From an uncultured delta proteobacterium (lineage in GTDB: Bacteria > Myxococcota_A > UBA9160 > UBA4427): a stretch of DNA of 64,000 bases. Below, in pieces: positions 40,233-49,816 of this stretch. The stretch spans positions 1,536,001-1,600,000 of the forward strand of contig CAWGJT010000005.1 in the NCBI GenBank assembly GCA_963822965.1, written 5' to 3'. Both the position numbers and the translations under genes were made by a program. Under the pieces are notes generated by a model. The model saw only the letters and a list, made by a program, of their open reading frames with translations. It ran no database searches and was not told the DNA's origin. The stretch's first letter is position 1. Every line of letters starts with the position of its first letter.

Positions 40233-41081
40233 ATGCAGACGCAGAGCCACCCCCTTTTCCGTTTCGCCTCGACGGGCCTCGGCGCGCTGGCGGCGGGTCT
40301 CACCGTCGCGATCGCCTCGCTGCCCTCGGTCTCCGGGGCCTCGACCTCGGCCGGCGGCCAGGCGGTGGGGGACTTCCGCGCCAAGATGGAGAAGTGGGTC
40401 GAGACGCGGCAGATCCTCTCGGAGGAGAAGTCCGACTGGCAGGTCGAGCAGGAGTCCCTGCGCGCCACCCGCGACCTGCTGAACCAGGAGAAGAAGGCGC
40501 TCGAGGCGGAGATCCAGGAGCTCGAGGCCTCCAACACCCAGTCCGACGACGAGCGGCGCGACCTGCTGCTCGAGCGCGGCGACTTCCAGCGCAGCGACCT
40601 GGCCCTGGCGGAGAGGATCCGCGGCATGGAGGAGCAGGCGCTGGCCGTCGTCCCCCGGCTTCCGGAGCCGCTGCAGCGGAAGCTGCAGCCGCTGCTGGTG
40701 CAGATCCCCGACGACCCCGAGACCACGCGGCTGCAGCTCGGCCAGCGCCTGATGAACGTCCTCGGCCTGCTCGCGCAAGCCGAGAAGTGGAATGGCACCG
40801 CCACCTTCGTGGGGGAGACCCGCGCGGTGGAGGGCGACCAGAAGGTGCAGGTCCGGACCCTCTACTGGGGGCTCGGACAGGCCATCTACGTGGACGCCCG
40901 GGGACACACGGCCGGCATCGGGCACCCGGGGCCGGCCGGGTGGGAGTTCACGAACGATCCCGACCTCGTGGCACCCGCGCGGCGCCTCCTCGACATCTAC
41001 GAGGGCAACTCGGACGCCATCGAGTTCGTCCCGCTTCCGGTCTCGATCGACGCACCGGAAACCGCCCACGGTGAAGACTGA
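40233..41081 (+). CDS. DUF3450-like periplasmic coiled-coil protein
   Basis: Signal anchor, coiled coil, LYWGLGQAIYV..AGIG.P...WEF, FV.LP; first gene of a TonB2-type operon. Confidence 0.72.
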   Translation: MQTQSHPLFRFASTGLGALAAGLTVAIASLPSVSGASTSAGGQAVGDFRAKMEKWVETRQILSEEKSDWQVEQESLRATRDLLNQEKKALEAEIQELEASNTQSDDERRDLLLERGDFQRSDLALAERIRGMEEQALAVVPRLPEPLQRKLQPLLVQIPDDPETTRLQLGQRLMNVLGLLAQAEKWNGTATFVGETRAVEGDQKVQVRTLYWGLGQAIYVDARGHTAGIGHPGPAGWEFTNDPDLVAPARRLLDIYEGNSDAIEFVPLPVSIDAPETAHGED

Positions 41082-42546
41082 CCTCATGAGCACCCCGCTT
41101 CGATTCCACGCGTTCGCCGCACTCTGCGCCGCGTCGCTCGCGATCGCGTCCATCGCGACGGCACCGGCGGCGTTCGCCCAGTCGTTCGACGGAGCGCAGT
41201 CCGACATCGACAAGCGCCTCTCCCGCTCGCTGGAGGAGCTGAGCAGCGTCCGCGACCGGATCGCCAAGGAGAAGATCCCGCTCTCGAAGGCGGTCTCCCG
41301 CCTGGAGGACCAGGTCCTCGCCCTGCGCCAGCAGAAGGACCGCTTGCTGAAGATCCGGGACAGCCGCACCGTCGACCTCAGCTCGCTGCGCGCGCAGGTC
41401 CGCTCGCTGAAGGAGCAGGACGAGTTCGTGACGAGCCGGCTGGACGAGTTCGTGCGCGACTTCGAGAGCCGGCTCGACATCAGCGAGCTGCCCCGGTACG
41501 AGAAGCTCACCTCGGCCGCAGAGCTCGCGGACAAGAACGTGAACCTCGACGCGGGGCAGAAGCGCGGCGCGCGAATCGCCGTCGTCGAGGCGGCGCTCGG
41601 CCGTCTGCAGGACCAGCTCGGGGGCCAGGTGTACCCGGGCGACGCCCTCAGTCCGCAGGGCGTCCTCACCCCCGGCAAGTTCGTCTCCCTCGGCCCCGTG
41701 GTGCTCTACGCGAGCGACGACGGCAAGGTGACGGGCCTGGTGGAGAACCAGCTCAACGCCGCCGATCCCGTGGTCGTCGAGATGCCGAGCGGCTTCCACG
41801 ACGGAATCCTCGCGGTCGCGAGCACGGGGCGCGGCGAGCTGCCCTTCGACGCCACGCTCGGCAAGGCGCTCAAGGTCGAGCGGGCCCGCAAGACCCTGAT
41901 GCAGTACATCGACGACGGCGGCTACGTGGGGTACGTGATCATCGCGCTGGGCATCTCCGCGCTGCTGCTGACGCTCTTCAAGGCCATCGAGATCCTGGGC
42001 TTCGAGGTCGCCCGACCGGGGGACGTGGACGGCATCCTGAGCGAGCTGGCGCACGGCAGCCTGGAAGCGGCGGCGCGCAAGGCCCAGCAGGTGAAGGGCA
42101 TCGCGGGCGAGATGCTGAAGTCGGGGGTGCTGCACGCCGAGGAGTCCCGCTCGGTGCTCGAGGAGCTGCTCTTCGAGAAGATCCTGCGCGTGCGCCCGGC
42201 CCTCGAGCGCTTCCTGCCCTTCCTCGCCATCACCGCCGCCGCGTCTCCGCTCCTGGGGCTGCTCGGAACGGTGATCGGCATGATCAAGACCTTCCAGCTC
42301 ATCACGATCTTCGGCACCGGCGACGCCAAGAGCCTCTCCTCGGGCATCTCCGAGGCGCTCATCACGACGGCGCTCGGGCTGATCGTCGCGATCCCCACCC
42401 TGATCCTGCACGGCGCCCTCTCGCGCATGGCGAAGCGGAAGCTCGGCCTGCTGGAAGAGCTGTCGGTGGCGTTCGTGAACGGCGTCTCCGCCATCCGGCC
42501 CACCCGCAAGCACCTGGCACCCACCCGGGAGCTTCCGGATGGATAG
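41071..42546 (+). CDS. Long MotA/TolQ/ExbB proton-channel protein (TtpC-like)
   Basis: Signal peptide, periplasmic coiled coil, LPFDATLG, GG.VG..I, PLLGLLGTVIGMI.TF, GISEALITTALGL. Confidence 0.88.
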   Translation: MKTDLMSTPLRFHAFAALCAASLAIASIATAPAAFAQSFDGAQSDIDKRLSRSLEELSSVRDRIAKEKIPLSKAVSRLEDQVLALRQQKDRLLKIRDSRTVDLSSLRAQVRSLKEQDEFVTSRLDEFVRDFESRLDISELPRYEKLTSAAELADKNVNLDAGQKRGARIAVVEAALGRLQDQLGGQVYPGDALSPQGVLTPGKFVSLGPVVLYASDDGKVTGLVENQLNAADPVVVEMPSGFHDGILAVASTGRGELPFDATLGKALKVERARKTLMQYIDDGGYVGYVIIALGISALLLTLFKAIEILGFEVARPGDVDGILSELAHGSLEAAARKAQQVKGIAGEMLKSGVLHAEESRSVLEELLFEKILRVRPALERFLPFLAITAAASPLLGLLGTVIGMIKTFQLITIFGTGDAKSLSSGISEALITTALGLIVAIPTLILHGALSRMAKRKLGLLEELSVAFVNGVSAIRPTRKHLAPTRELPDG

Positions 42547-43121
42547 AATCTGGCAGATCTGGCTGAGCGGCGGCTGGGTGATGATCCCGCTCTTCGCCCT
42601 CGCCGTGCTGCTCTACGCCCAGGCCTTCCAGCTCGTGATGTACGTCCGACGGACGAACCTGAGCGGCAAGCAGGAGGCCGAGTGGTGGGAGTGGGTGCAC
42701 AACCCCGAGCGCGCCCGGGGCCGCGTGGCCGAGATCATCGAGTACACGCAGAACGGCGTGAGCTCCGCCAAGCAGATCCGCGACCGCTTCGACGAGATTC
42801 GTCTCGCCCTGGTGGCGCTGATCGACCGGCGCGCCCGCTTCGTGGCCACCCTGGTCGCGGCCGCGCCCCTGCTGGGCCTGCTCGGCACGGTCCTCGGCAT
42901 GCTGCAGACCTTCTTCGGCATCTCCACCAGCGGCGGCACCGAGACCGCCGGCGTGGTGGCCGCGGGCATCTCGGAGGCGCTGGTGACGACCCAGACGGGC
43001 CTCACCGATCGCGCTGCCGGGCCTCTTCATCGTGATGGTCATCCAGCGCCGGCGACACAGCCTCGAGGCGAAGCTCGCGCGCCTCGAGAGCCTCACCCTC
43101 GGCCAGCTCAAGTACGAGTAG
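42539..43121 (+). CDS. exbB: ExbB/TolQ protein, +1 frameshift near 43007
   Basis: GG.VMIPL, APLLGLLGTVLGM, GISEALVTTQTGL; IALPGL continues in a shifted frame to TAG 43121. Confidence 0.85.
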
Positions 43122-43133
43122 ACCGGATCGAAC

Positions 43134-43535
43134 ATGGCACGACGCAGCATCCTCAGCGAAGAAGACCCGACCCAGATCGATCTCTCCCCGATGATCGACT
43201 GCATCTTCATCCTGCTGATCTTCTTCATCGTGACGACCGTGTTCGTCGAGGAGAAGGGTATGCCAGGTGAACAAGCCCGACGCGGCGGCCTCCGCCTCGC
43301 GGAAGAGCAGGAGAACGTCGTGATCGAAATCACGGCGGAGAACGAGATCCGTTTCCAGAACAGCCCGATTCCCCTGGCCGACGTGGCGGGTCGGGTGAAG
43401 GGCAGCGTCACGGGTGCCGACACGCCGGTCGTCATCCGCGTCAACGAGAAGTCGAAGTACGGAACCTTCGTCGCCGTCTGGGACGCCGCCAAACGGGGCG
43501 GCGCGGCGACCCTGAGCTTCAGCACGGTCAACTAG
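43134..43535 (+). CDS. exbD: ExbD/TolR protein 1 (compensated frameshift ~43262-43300)
   Basis: IDLSPMIDCIFILLIFFIVTTVF. Confidence 0.9.
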   Translation: MARRSILSEEDPTQIDLSPMIDCIFILLIFFIVTTVFVEEKGMPGEQARRGGLRLAEEQENVVIEITAENEIRFQNSPIPLADVAGRVKGSVTGADTPVVIRVNEKSKYGTFVAVWDAAKRGGAATLSFSTVN

Positions 43536-43580
43536 CGATGACCGCCTCCCGCCGGGAGACGACCCCCGAGAGAGCCCACC

Positions 43581-43985
43581 ATGCCCCACCGATCCCTGAT
43601 GAACGAGCCGGACGACTCGACGGCAATCGACCTCTCGCCGATGATCGACTGCATCTTCATCCTGCTCATCTTCTTCATCGTGACGACGGTCTTCGTCGAG
43701 GAGCCGGGCGTCCAGGTCTACAAGCCCGACGCCACCGTCGACGCGAAGCTCGAGAAGAACAGCATCATCATCGCCATCACCGCCGACAACAAGATCGTCT
43801 ACGGGGGCAAGGAGCTCGGCGTGGCCGGCGTGGGCGCCCGCGTGCGGCAGCTCCTGACCAAGGACGAGCTGCCCGTGATCATCCAGGCCGACGCCCGCGC
43901 GGAGCAGGGCGTCTTCTCCGACGTGTGGAGCGAGGTGAAGAACGCCGGGGCGAAGAAGATCAGCGTCTCCACGCGGAACGACTGA
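43581..43985 (+). CDS. exbD: ExbD/TolR protein 2
   Basis: IDLSPMIDCIFILLIFFIVTTVF, VIIQAD, K.AGAKKIS. Confidence 0.92.
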   Translation: MPHRSLMNEPDDSTAIDLSPMIDCIFILLIFFIVTTVFVEEPGVQVYKPDATVDAKLEKNSIIIAITADNKIVYGGKELGVAGVGARVRQLLTKDELPVIIQADARAEQGVFSDVWSEVKNAGAKKISVSTRND

Positions 43986-44010
43986 GCGCGGGAGGACCGA
44001 TCGAAGCGCG

Positions 44011-44670
44011 ATGGATCCGAGAACCTATCACCTGCCTCCCGACCGAGCCGAGCTGCCCATCAGCGTGGTGCTGGGGGTCGCGTTCGCCGTGGCCCTCTTC
44101 GTCGTGATGGCGCTGGCCCAGATGATGGGCGCCGTGAAGGCGCCGGTGAAGTCCATCGAGGAGACGATCGTCGCCTACCAGCCGCCGGAGGTCCTGGAGC
44201 TGGAAGAAGAGGAGCCGCCGCCGCCCGAGGAGGAGGAGCCGCCGCCGGAGCTCGAGCGGGAGCCCCCGCAGCTCTCCCTGGCGCAGCTCGACATCGCGCT
44301 CAACCCGGGAACCGGCGGCTCGCTGGTGGGCGACTTCGCGATGCCCACGATCGGCACGTCCGCCCGTGACCTCGGCACCGAGGACTTCGTGGACTTCTCG
44401 GACCTCGACCAGATGCCGCGGCCCGTGGGCGCCTCCCTCGACTTCCCGAGCCGGCTCAAGCGGAAGAAGGTGGACGGCCGGGTGGTGCTGCTGATCAAGC
44501 TCGGCGAGGACGGACGCGTGCTCGACGTCCAGGTCGACTCGTCCACCCTGCCGGAATTCGACGACGTCGTGGTGCGCCAGGTCGCCGACTGGCGCTTCAC
44601 GCCGCCCACCCAGCAGGGCCGGCCCGTGAAGGCGCAGGCCCGTCTGCCCATCCCGATCCGCATCCAATAG
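44011..44670 (+). CDS. tonB: Energy transducer TonB
   Basis: N-terminal TM, Glu/Pro-rich linker, C-terminal domain G.V.L...DGRV..V.V..S...W.F.P...G.PV. Confidence 0.88.
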   Translation: MDPRTYHLPPDRAELPISVVLGVAFAVALFVVMALAQMMGAVKAPVKSIEETIVAYQPPEVLELEEEEPPPPEEEEPPPELEREPPQLSLAQLDIALNPGTGGSLVGDFAMPTIGTSARDLGTEDFVDFSDLDQMPRPVGASLDFPSRLKRKKVDGRVVLLIKLGEDGRVLDVQVDSSTLPEFDDVVVRQVADWRFTPPTQQGRPVKAQARLPIPIRIQ

Positions 44671-44707
44671 CCAGGCGTGAATTGGCCAACAGGCAACAGG
44701 TGACCCG

Positions 44708-46114
44708 ATGACGAAGGCCCGCTTCTCGCTCTCTCCGTTCTCCCTCCTCTCTCGTCACCGCCGTGCCTTGCTCGTGGTCGCGCTGCTCTGCGGCCTGGCC
44801 CCGTCGGCGACGGCCCAGTTCCAGCCGTGGAAGGGGTCGTCGGTGCTCGACGATCCCGAGTGGCGGAAGAGCTTCCTGGGAAGCTACGGCTTCCTCTCCG
44901 GCGCCGAGCCCCAGATCGCGCAGAGCGAGCTCGCCCTGCTGCGCGAGGTGATCGACCTGATGAAGGTCAACCCCCGCGCGGCCGCCACCATGCTCTCCCA
45001 GAAGATGACGCCCGAGAGCAGCGCCGCGCTCGACTTCATCCTGGCGAACCTCGACTTCCAGAACGGGCAGCAGGAGCAGGCGATCCAGCACTACCAGAAC
45101 GCGCTCCAGAAGTTCCCCGACTTCCGCCGGGCCCACAAGAATCTCGGCCTGCTGCTGGTCCAGCGCAGCGACTTCCAGGGCGGCCTCGAGCATCTGGCGA
45201 AGGCCGTGGAGCTCGGCGATCGGGACGGCCGCAGCTACGGCCTCATGGGCTACTGCTACGTCAACCTCGAGAAGTACGTGGCCGCGGAGAGCGCCTACCG
45301 CAACGCCATCCTGCAGCAGCCCGACGTGCGGGACTGGAAGCTCGGCCTGGCGCGCTCGCTGCTCGCCATGGAGCGCCACAAGGAGGCCGTCGCGCTCTTC
45401 GCCGAGCTCATCGAGGCGAATCCCGACGACGCCACGGCGTGGATGCTGCAGGCCAACGCCTACATCGGCCTCGACCAACCCATGGCCGCCGCCGTCAACC
45501 TGGAGACGGTGCGCGCCATGGACAAGGCCGAGACGAGCAGCCTCGTCCTCCTGGGCGACATCTACATGAACCAGGGAATGCCGGACCTGGCGGCAAGCGC
45601 CTACCTCGAGGTGATCGACCACGACCAGGAGAACGTCCGGTTCAGCACCGCCTATCGAGCCGCCGAGCTGCTGATCCGCGCGCGGGCCTTCGAGCAGGCC
45701 GAGAAGATCCTCGCCACCATCGACACCCGCTACGCCAAGCGGCTCTCCCAGGACGAGGAGCTGCAGGTGCTCACCCTGCGGGCGAAGGTGGCTCGCGCCC
45801 GGGGACGGGACCTCGAAGCCGCCAAGCTGCTCGAATCCATCGTGCACCGGGACGGCACCCGCGGCGACGCCCTGCTCGAGCTCGCCGCCTATCACCGCGG
45901 CAAGGGAAACGACGAGAAGGCGCTCCTGATGATCGAGCGCGCCGAGAAGCTCGACGCCTTCGAGTACCAGGCACTCCTCGACCATGCCCAGGTGATGGTC
46001 TCCGAGCGCGACTACGCGAAGGCGGCCCAGCTCCTGCGGCGCGCGCTCGCCATCGAGAACGAGCCCCGGGTGGAGAGCTTCCTGGCGCGGGTCGAAGAGG
46101 CCGGCCGGCGCTGA
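44708..46114 (+). CDS. Secreted tetratricopeptide-repeat protein
   Basis: Signal peptide and multiple TPR motifs (A..HYQNAL..FPDF.RAHKNLG). Confidence 0.88.
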   Translation: MTKARFSLSPFSLLSRHRRALLVVALLCGLAPSATAQFQPWKGSSVLDDPEWRKSFLGSYGFLSGAEPQIAQSELALLREVIDLMKVNPRAAATMLSQKMTPESSAALDFILANLDFQNGQQEQAIQHYQNALQKFPDFRRAHKNLGLLLVQRSDFQGGLEHLAKAVELGDRDGRSYGLMGYCYVNLEKYVAAESAYRNAILQQPDVRDWKLGLARSLLAMERHKEAVALFAELIEANPDDATAWMLQANAYIGLDQPMAAAVNLETVRAMDKAETSSLVLLGDIYMNQGMPDLAASAYLEVIDHDQENVRFSTAYRAAELLIRARAFEQAEKILATIDTRYAKRLSQDEELQVLTLRAKVARARGRDLEAAKLLESIVHRDGTRGDALLELAAYHRGKGNDEKALLMIERAEKLDAFEYQALLDHAQVMVSERDYAKAAQLLRRALAIENEPRVESFLARVEEAGRR

Positions 46115-46220
46115 CGAATCCTGCGGCTTCGTCGGCTGGCCGAGGCAGCCCGTCGGGCTCCGGAGCCGCGACCCGAGAATCCGTCTTGAATCGCGCGCCT
46201 GGCCGTCCGGGCCGATCGCT

Positions 46221-47795
46221 TCACGGAAGGGGCACGAGCACGAGGGCCTGGTCGGCGCCGAGGCGACCCGGGTACTCCCCCCCCTCGCCCCGGCCGTCGC
46301 TGGCGATCTCCACGCGATGCCGGCCCGGCGGAGCGAAGGCCGCCGGGGCGTCGCCGAAGTTCACGACGACGAGGCGGGCGTCTTCGCCCTCCCGCGGCAG
46401 GCTGCGACGGAAGGCCAGCACGTCGCCCGACGCGTCGAGCAGCTCGAAGCCGCCGCGGCGCAGCGCCGGCGAGCGCCTTCGCGCCGCGAGCAGCCTCCGG
46501 TAGAGGTGCAGGATCGAGCCTGGATCCTCGCGCAGGCTCTCGACGTTGCGGCTGGCCGCGTCGGACGGCCAGGGCAGCCACGGATCCCCCGTCCCCCAGC
46601 CGTGTCCCGACCCGGGCTGCCACGGGATGGGCGCGCGACAGCCGTCGCGGCCGCCGGGATCGACCACGCGCTGCTTGGGGACCTCCGCGTCCTCGAGGCC
46701 CAGCTCCTCGCCCGCATAGAGAAAGGGGGTTCCGCGCAGGCCCAGGAGCAGCACCGCCGCGGCCCGAGCGCGCGCCTCGCTGCCATAGCGCGTGCGATGG
46801 CGGGGATTGTCGTGGTTGGAGAGCACCCAGGTGGGCCAGGCGTCCAACGGATCCAGCAGGGAGACCGTCTGGGTGATCCGCTCGCGCCACGCGGAGGCCT
46901 GCCACGGCGCGTACAGGGGCGGGAAGTTGAACGACAGGTGCAGCTCGTCCCCGTTGCCGTAGTAGGGGGCCACCCGCGCCGTGTCCAGCAGGTACACCTC
47001 GCCGACCATCACGCGATCGCCGGGGTACTCCTCGAGCACGCGGCGGATGTCCCGCAGCAGCGGGTGGACGCGCTCGTCGTCGTTGAGCGCGCAGGCGGGA
47101 ATGCGGGCCAGGTTCTCGGGCAGGTCGGGCAGCGCCGGGTCCTTGCCGATGCAGTGGATCACGTCCATGCGGAAGCCGTCGACGCCGCGGTCCAGCCAGA
47201 AGCGCAGGGTGTCGTGCATGGCCGCTACCACCCCGGGATGGCTCCAGTCGAGATCGGGCTGCTCGTCCAGGAAGAGATGCAGGTACCACTGCCCGGTGGT
47301 CTCGTCCCACGTCCAGGCGGGGCCGCCCGTGAAGGCGGCACGCCAGTTGTTGGGGGGCCGGTCGGGCGTGCCGTCCCGCCAGACGTACCAGTCGCGCTTG
47401 CCGGCGGCTCGTGAGGAGCGCGACTCGCGGAACCACGGGTGCTGGTCGCTCGTATGGTTGGGCACCCAGTCGATCAGCACGCGCAGGCCGCACGCGTGGG
47501 CGTCGACGAGCAGCTGGTCGAAGGCCGCGAGGTCGCCGAAGAGCGGATCGACGTCGCAGTAGTCCGAGACGTCGTAGCCGAAGTCCTTCATGGGGGATCG
47601 GAAGAAGGGCGAGATCCAGATCGCATCGACGCCGAGCCAGACGAGATGGTCGAGATGACGCCGGATGCCCTCCAGGTCGCCGATTCCGTCGCCGTCGCTG
47701 TCGCAGAAGCTGCGCGGGTAGATCTGGTAGACGACGGCGTCCTTCCACCAGGGGACGCGGTCGGCGTCGGATGTGCTCAATCCTCGATCTCCCAC
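46221..47795 (-). CDS. Alpha-glucosidase / oligo-1,6-glucosidase (GH13)
   Basis: WWKDAVVYQIYPRSF.DSDGDGIGDL, DFGYDVSDY, VPNHTSDQH, DGFRMDV, SNHD, RDGCR.P. Confidence 0.93.
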   Translation of the reverse strand: MGDRGLSTSDADRVPWWKDAVVYQIYPRSFCDSDGDGIGDLEGIRRHLDHLVWLGVDAIWISPFFRSPMKDFGYDVSDYCDVDPLFGDLAAFDQLLVDAHACGLRVLIDWVPNHTSDQHPWFRESRSSRAAGKRDWYVWRDGTPDRPPNNWRAAFTGGPAWTWDETTGQWYLHLFLDEQPDLDWSHPGVVAAMHDTLRFWLDRGVDGFRMDVIHCIGKDPALPDLPENLARIPACALNDDERVHPLLRDIRRVLEEYPGDRVMVGEVYLLDTARVAPYYGNGDELHLSFNFPPLYAPWQASAWRERITQTVSLLDPLDAWPTWVLSNHDNPRHRTRYGSEARARAAAVLLLGLRGTPFLYAGEELGLEDAEVPKQRVVDPGGRDGCRAPIPWQPGSGHGWGTGDPWLPWPSDAASRNVESLREDPGSILHLYRRLLAARRRSPALRRGGFELLDASGDVLAFRRSLPREGEDARLVVVNFGDAPAAFAPPGRHRVEIASDGRGEGGEYPGRLGADQALVLVPLP

Positions 47796-47808
47796 CTCGG
47801 GCTCCGCC

Positions 47809-48570
47809 TCAGGTCGTGACGGAGCCGCCGTTCAGCTGCAGGGTCTGTCCCGTCATCCAGCCGGCCTCGTTCGAGGCGAGATAGACGCAGCAGGCGCCGA
47901 CCTCGTCGGGGTCCCCCAGGCGGCCGACGGGCACCGTGCCCGCCAGCATCGGGACGGCTTCCTTCGGCACGTTGTTCATCAGGCCCAGCGCCACGCTGTT
48001 GGCGGTGACGCCGTCCCGGGCCACCTCCAGGGCGAGGTTGCGCATGAAGCCCAGGCCGCCGCCCTTGCCCGCCCCGTAGGCGGCGACGCCGATGCCGGTA
48101 CCCGCGGTTCCCGCACCCGACGAGATGGTGATGATGCGGCCGAAGCCCCGGTCGCACATGCCGTCCAGCACGGCCTTGCAGCAGTGCAGTACGCCGTAGA
48201 GATTCACGTCGACGTAGGGTGCCCAGTCGAGGGGCCCGGTGTCGCGAAACTTCGTCATCCCCATGCCCGCCGGGATGCCCGCGTTGTTGACGAGGACGTC
48301 GACAGGACCGAGCGCGGCCTCGACGGCGGCGACGCCGGCCGTCACGGCCTCGAAGTCGGTGACGTCGAACGGAGACGGCTCCGCGCGACCGCCCGCGTTT
48401 CGAATCGCAGCCGCGGTCTCGCGCGCCCGCTCCTCGGCGCGGTCGTTGATCGCCACCGCCGCGCCCTGCCGCGCGAGCTGGCGTGCGATGCCCGCGCCCA
48501 CGCCCTGCCCGGCCCCGGTCACCAGAGCCACCCTGCCTGCCAGATCGAACACGGGCTCCTCCCGACGCAT
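47809..48570 (-). CDS. Short-chain dehydrogenase/reductase (FabG-like)
   Basis: TGAGQGVG, NNAG, YGAGK. Confidence 0.92.
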   Translation of the reverse strand: MRREEPVFDLAGRVALVTGAGQGVGAGIARQLARQGAAVAINDRAEERARETAAAIRNAGGRAEPSPFDVTDFEAVTAGVAAVEAALGPVDVLVNNAGIPAGMGMTKFRDTGPLDWAPYVDVNLYGVLHCCKAVLDGMCDRGFGRIITISSGAGTAGTGIGVAAYGAGKGGGLGFMRNLALEVARDGVTANSVALGLMNNVPKEAVPMLAGTVPVGRLGDPDEVGACCVYLASNEAGWMTGQTLQLNGGSVTT

Positions 48571-48740
48571 GCGGTCCCGCGTTCGCGGGCGCGAGCCGGG
48601 AGACTACGCGCCTCCCGGCAGGCGATGCAAACCGACGGGCGTGAACGCCGCCCGGTCCCCGGCCCTTTGCAGGCCGAATGGTTCCCCTACCCTTTCCGCT
48701 TGACCGAATTCCGCGTGATCGAACGCCAGGGAGCTTCCGC

Positions 48741-49643
48741 GTGACCGAATCCCACAGCGCCGGGGAGCGGGCCAGGTCTTTCCGGGTCTGCGCCGCCGCC
48801 TACGCGGTCGCCTTCGCCGTCGCCTGGGCGACCGCCGCCCTCGTCCCCACCCGCGACCCGGTGTGGATCGCCTTCTGGGCCGACGTCGCCGCCACCGTGG
48901 CGATCTTCGGCTTCAGCTTCGCCTACGACAACTCGAGCTTCTACGACGCCTACTGGAGCGTCGCCCCGATCCCGATCGCCCTCTACTGGCTGCTCGCGCC
49001 GGGGGGAGGCCAGGGACCGTGGCTGCGCGAAGCGCTCGTGCTCGCGCTCGTCGGGGCCTGGGGAGTCCGACTCACCTGGAACTGGGCGCGCGGCTGGCAG
49101 GGCCTCTCCCACGAGGACTGGCGATACGTCGACAAGCGTCACGAGACCGGAAGGCTCTACTGGCTGGTGAGCTTCGCGGGGCTGCACATGATGCCCACGC
49201 TGCTCGTCTTCGCGGGCTGCCTCGCCCTGTACCCCGCGCTGGCAACCGGCACCCGTCCCTTCGGCGTGATCGACCTGGCCGCCGCCGCGCTCACGGCCAC
49301 GGCCATCTGGCTCGAGGGCACCGCGGACAACCAGCTCCGGCGTTTCCGGCTGAGCCAGCCGCCGCCCCAGGCGATCCTCGAGACGGGGCTGTGGGGACGC
49401 TGCCGCCACCCGAACTACCTGGGCGAGATCCTCTTCTGGTGGGGGCTCTTCGGCTTCGCGCTGGCAGCCGCACCCGGCACCTGGATGTGGACCGGTGCCG
49501 GCGCGCTCGCCATCACCCTGCTCTTCCGCTTCATCAGCCTGCCGCTCATCGACAACCGAATGCTTGCGCGGCGCCCCGACTACAAGCGGCGGATGGAGAC
49601 GACCCCGGCGCTGATCCCGCGGCCGGGGCGCAGCCAGGGCTAA
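48741..49643 (+). CDS. DUF1295 (steroid 5-alpha-reductase-like) membrane protein
   Basis: NSSFYDAYWS, WGVRLT.N, EDWRY, ADNQL, GLW..CRHPNYLGE. Confidence 0.9.
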   Translation: MTESHSAGERARSFRVCAAAYAVAFAVAWATAALVPTRDPVWIAFWADVAATVAIFGFSFAYDNSSFYDAYWSVAPIPIALYWLLAPGGGQGPWLREALVLALVGAWGVRLTWNWARGWQGLSHEDWRYVDKRHETGRLYWLVSFAGLHMMPTLLVFAGCLALYPALATGTRPFGVIDLAAAALTATAIWLEGTADNQLRRFRLSQPPPQAILETGLWGRCRHPNYLGEILFWWGLFGFALAAAPGTWMWTGAGALAITLLFRFISLPLIDNRMLARRPDYKRRMETTPALIPRPGRSQG

Positions 49644-49670
49644 GCCCTGATCCGTCATACGGATCAGGGC
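49644..49670 (+). terminator. Perfect 12-bp hairpin directly after the DUF1295 stop
   Basis: GCCCTGATCCGT-cat-ACGGATCAGGGC; no U-tract. Confidence 0.55.
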
Positions 49671-49816
49671 GCCTTCGTGTGGCCCGTCCCGGCACGATCC
49701 GATTGACGCGAAGGCGGCGAGGGCCTTAGGCTGGCCGTTGCGGGTAACCCGTCCTGGGGACACCCGGGCCGCGTACCCGAAGCGAGGCAGCGGACTCGCA
49801 AAGGCTGAGGCCCACC

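Noticed and set aside
49735..49800. Canonical c-di-GMP-I riboswitch
   Set aside because: Lacks the GNRA tetraloop and AAAG junction; kept only as a low-confidence structured-leader finding
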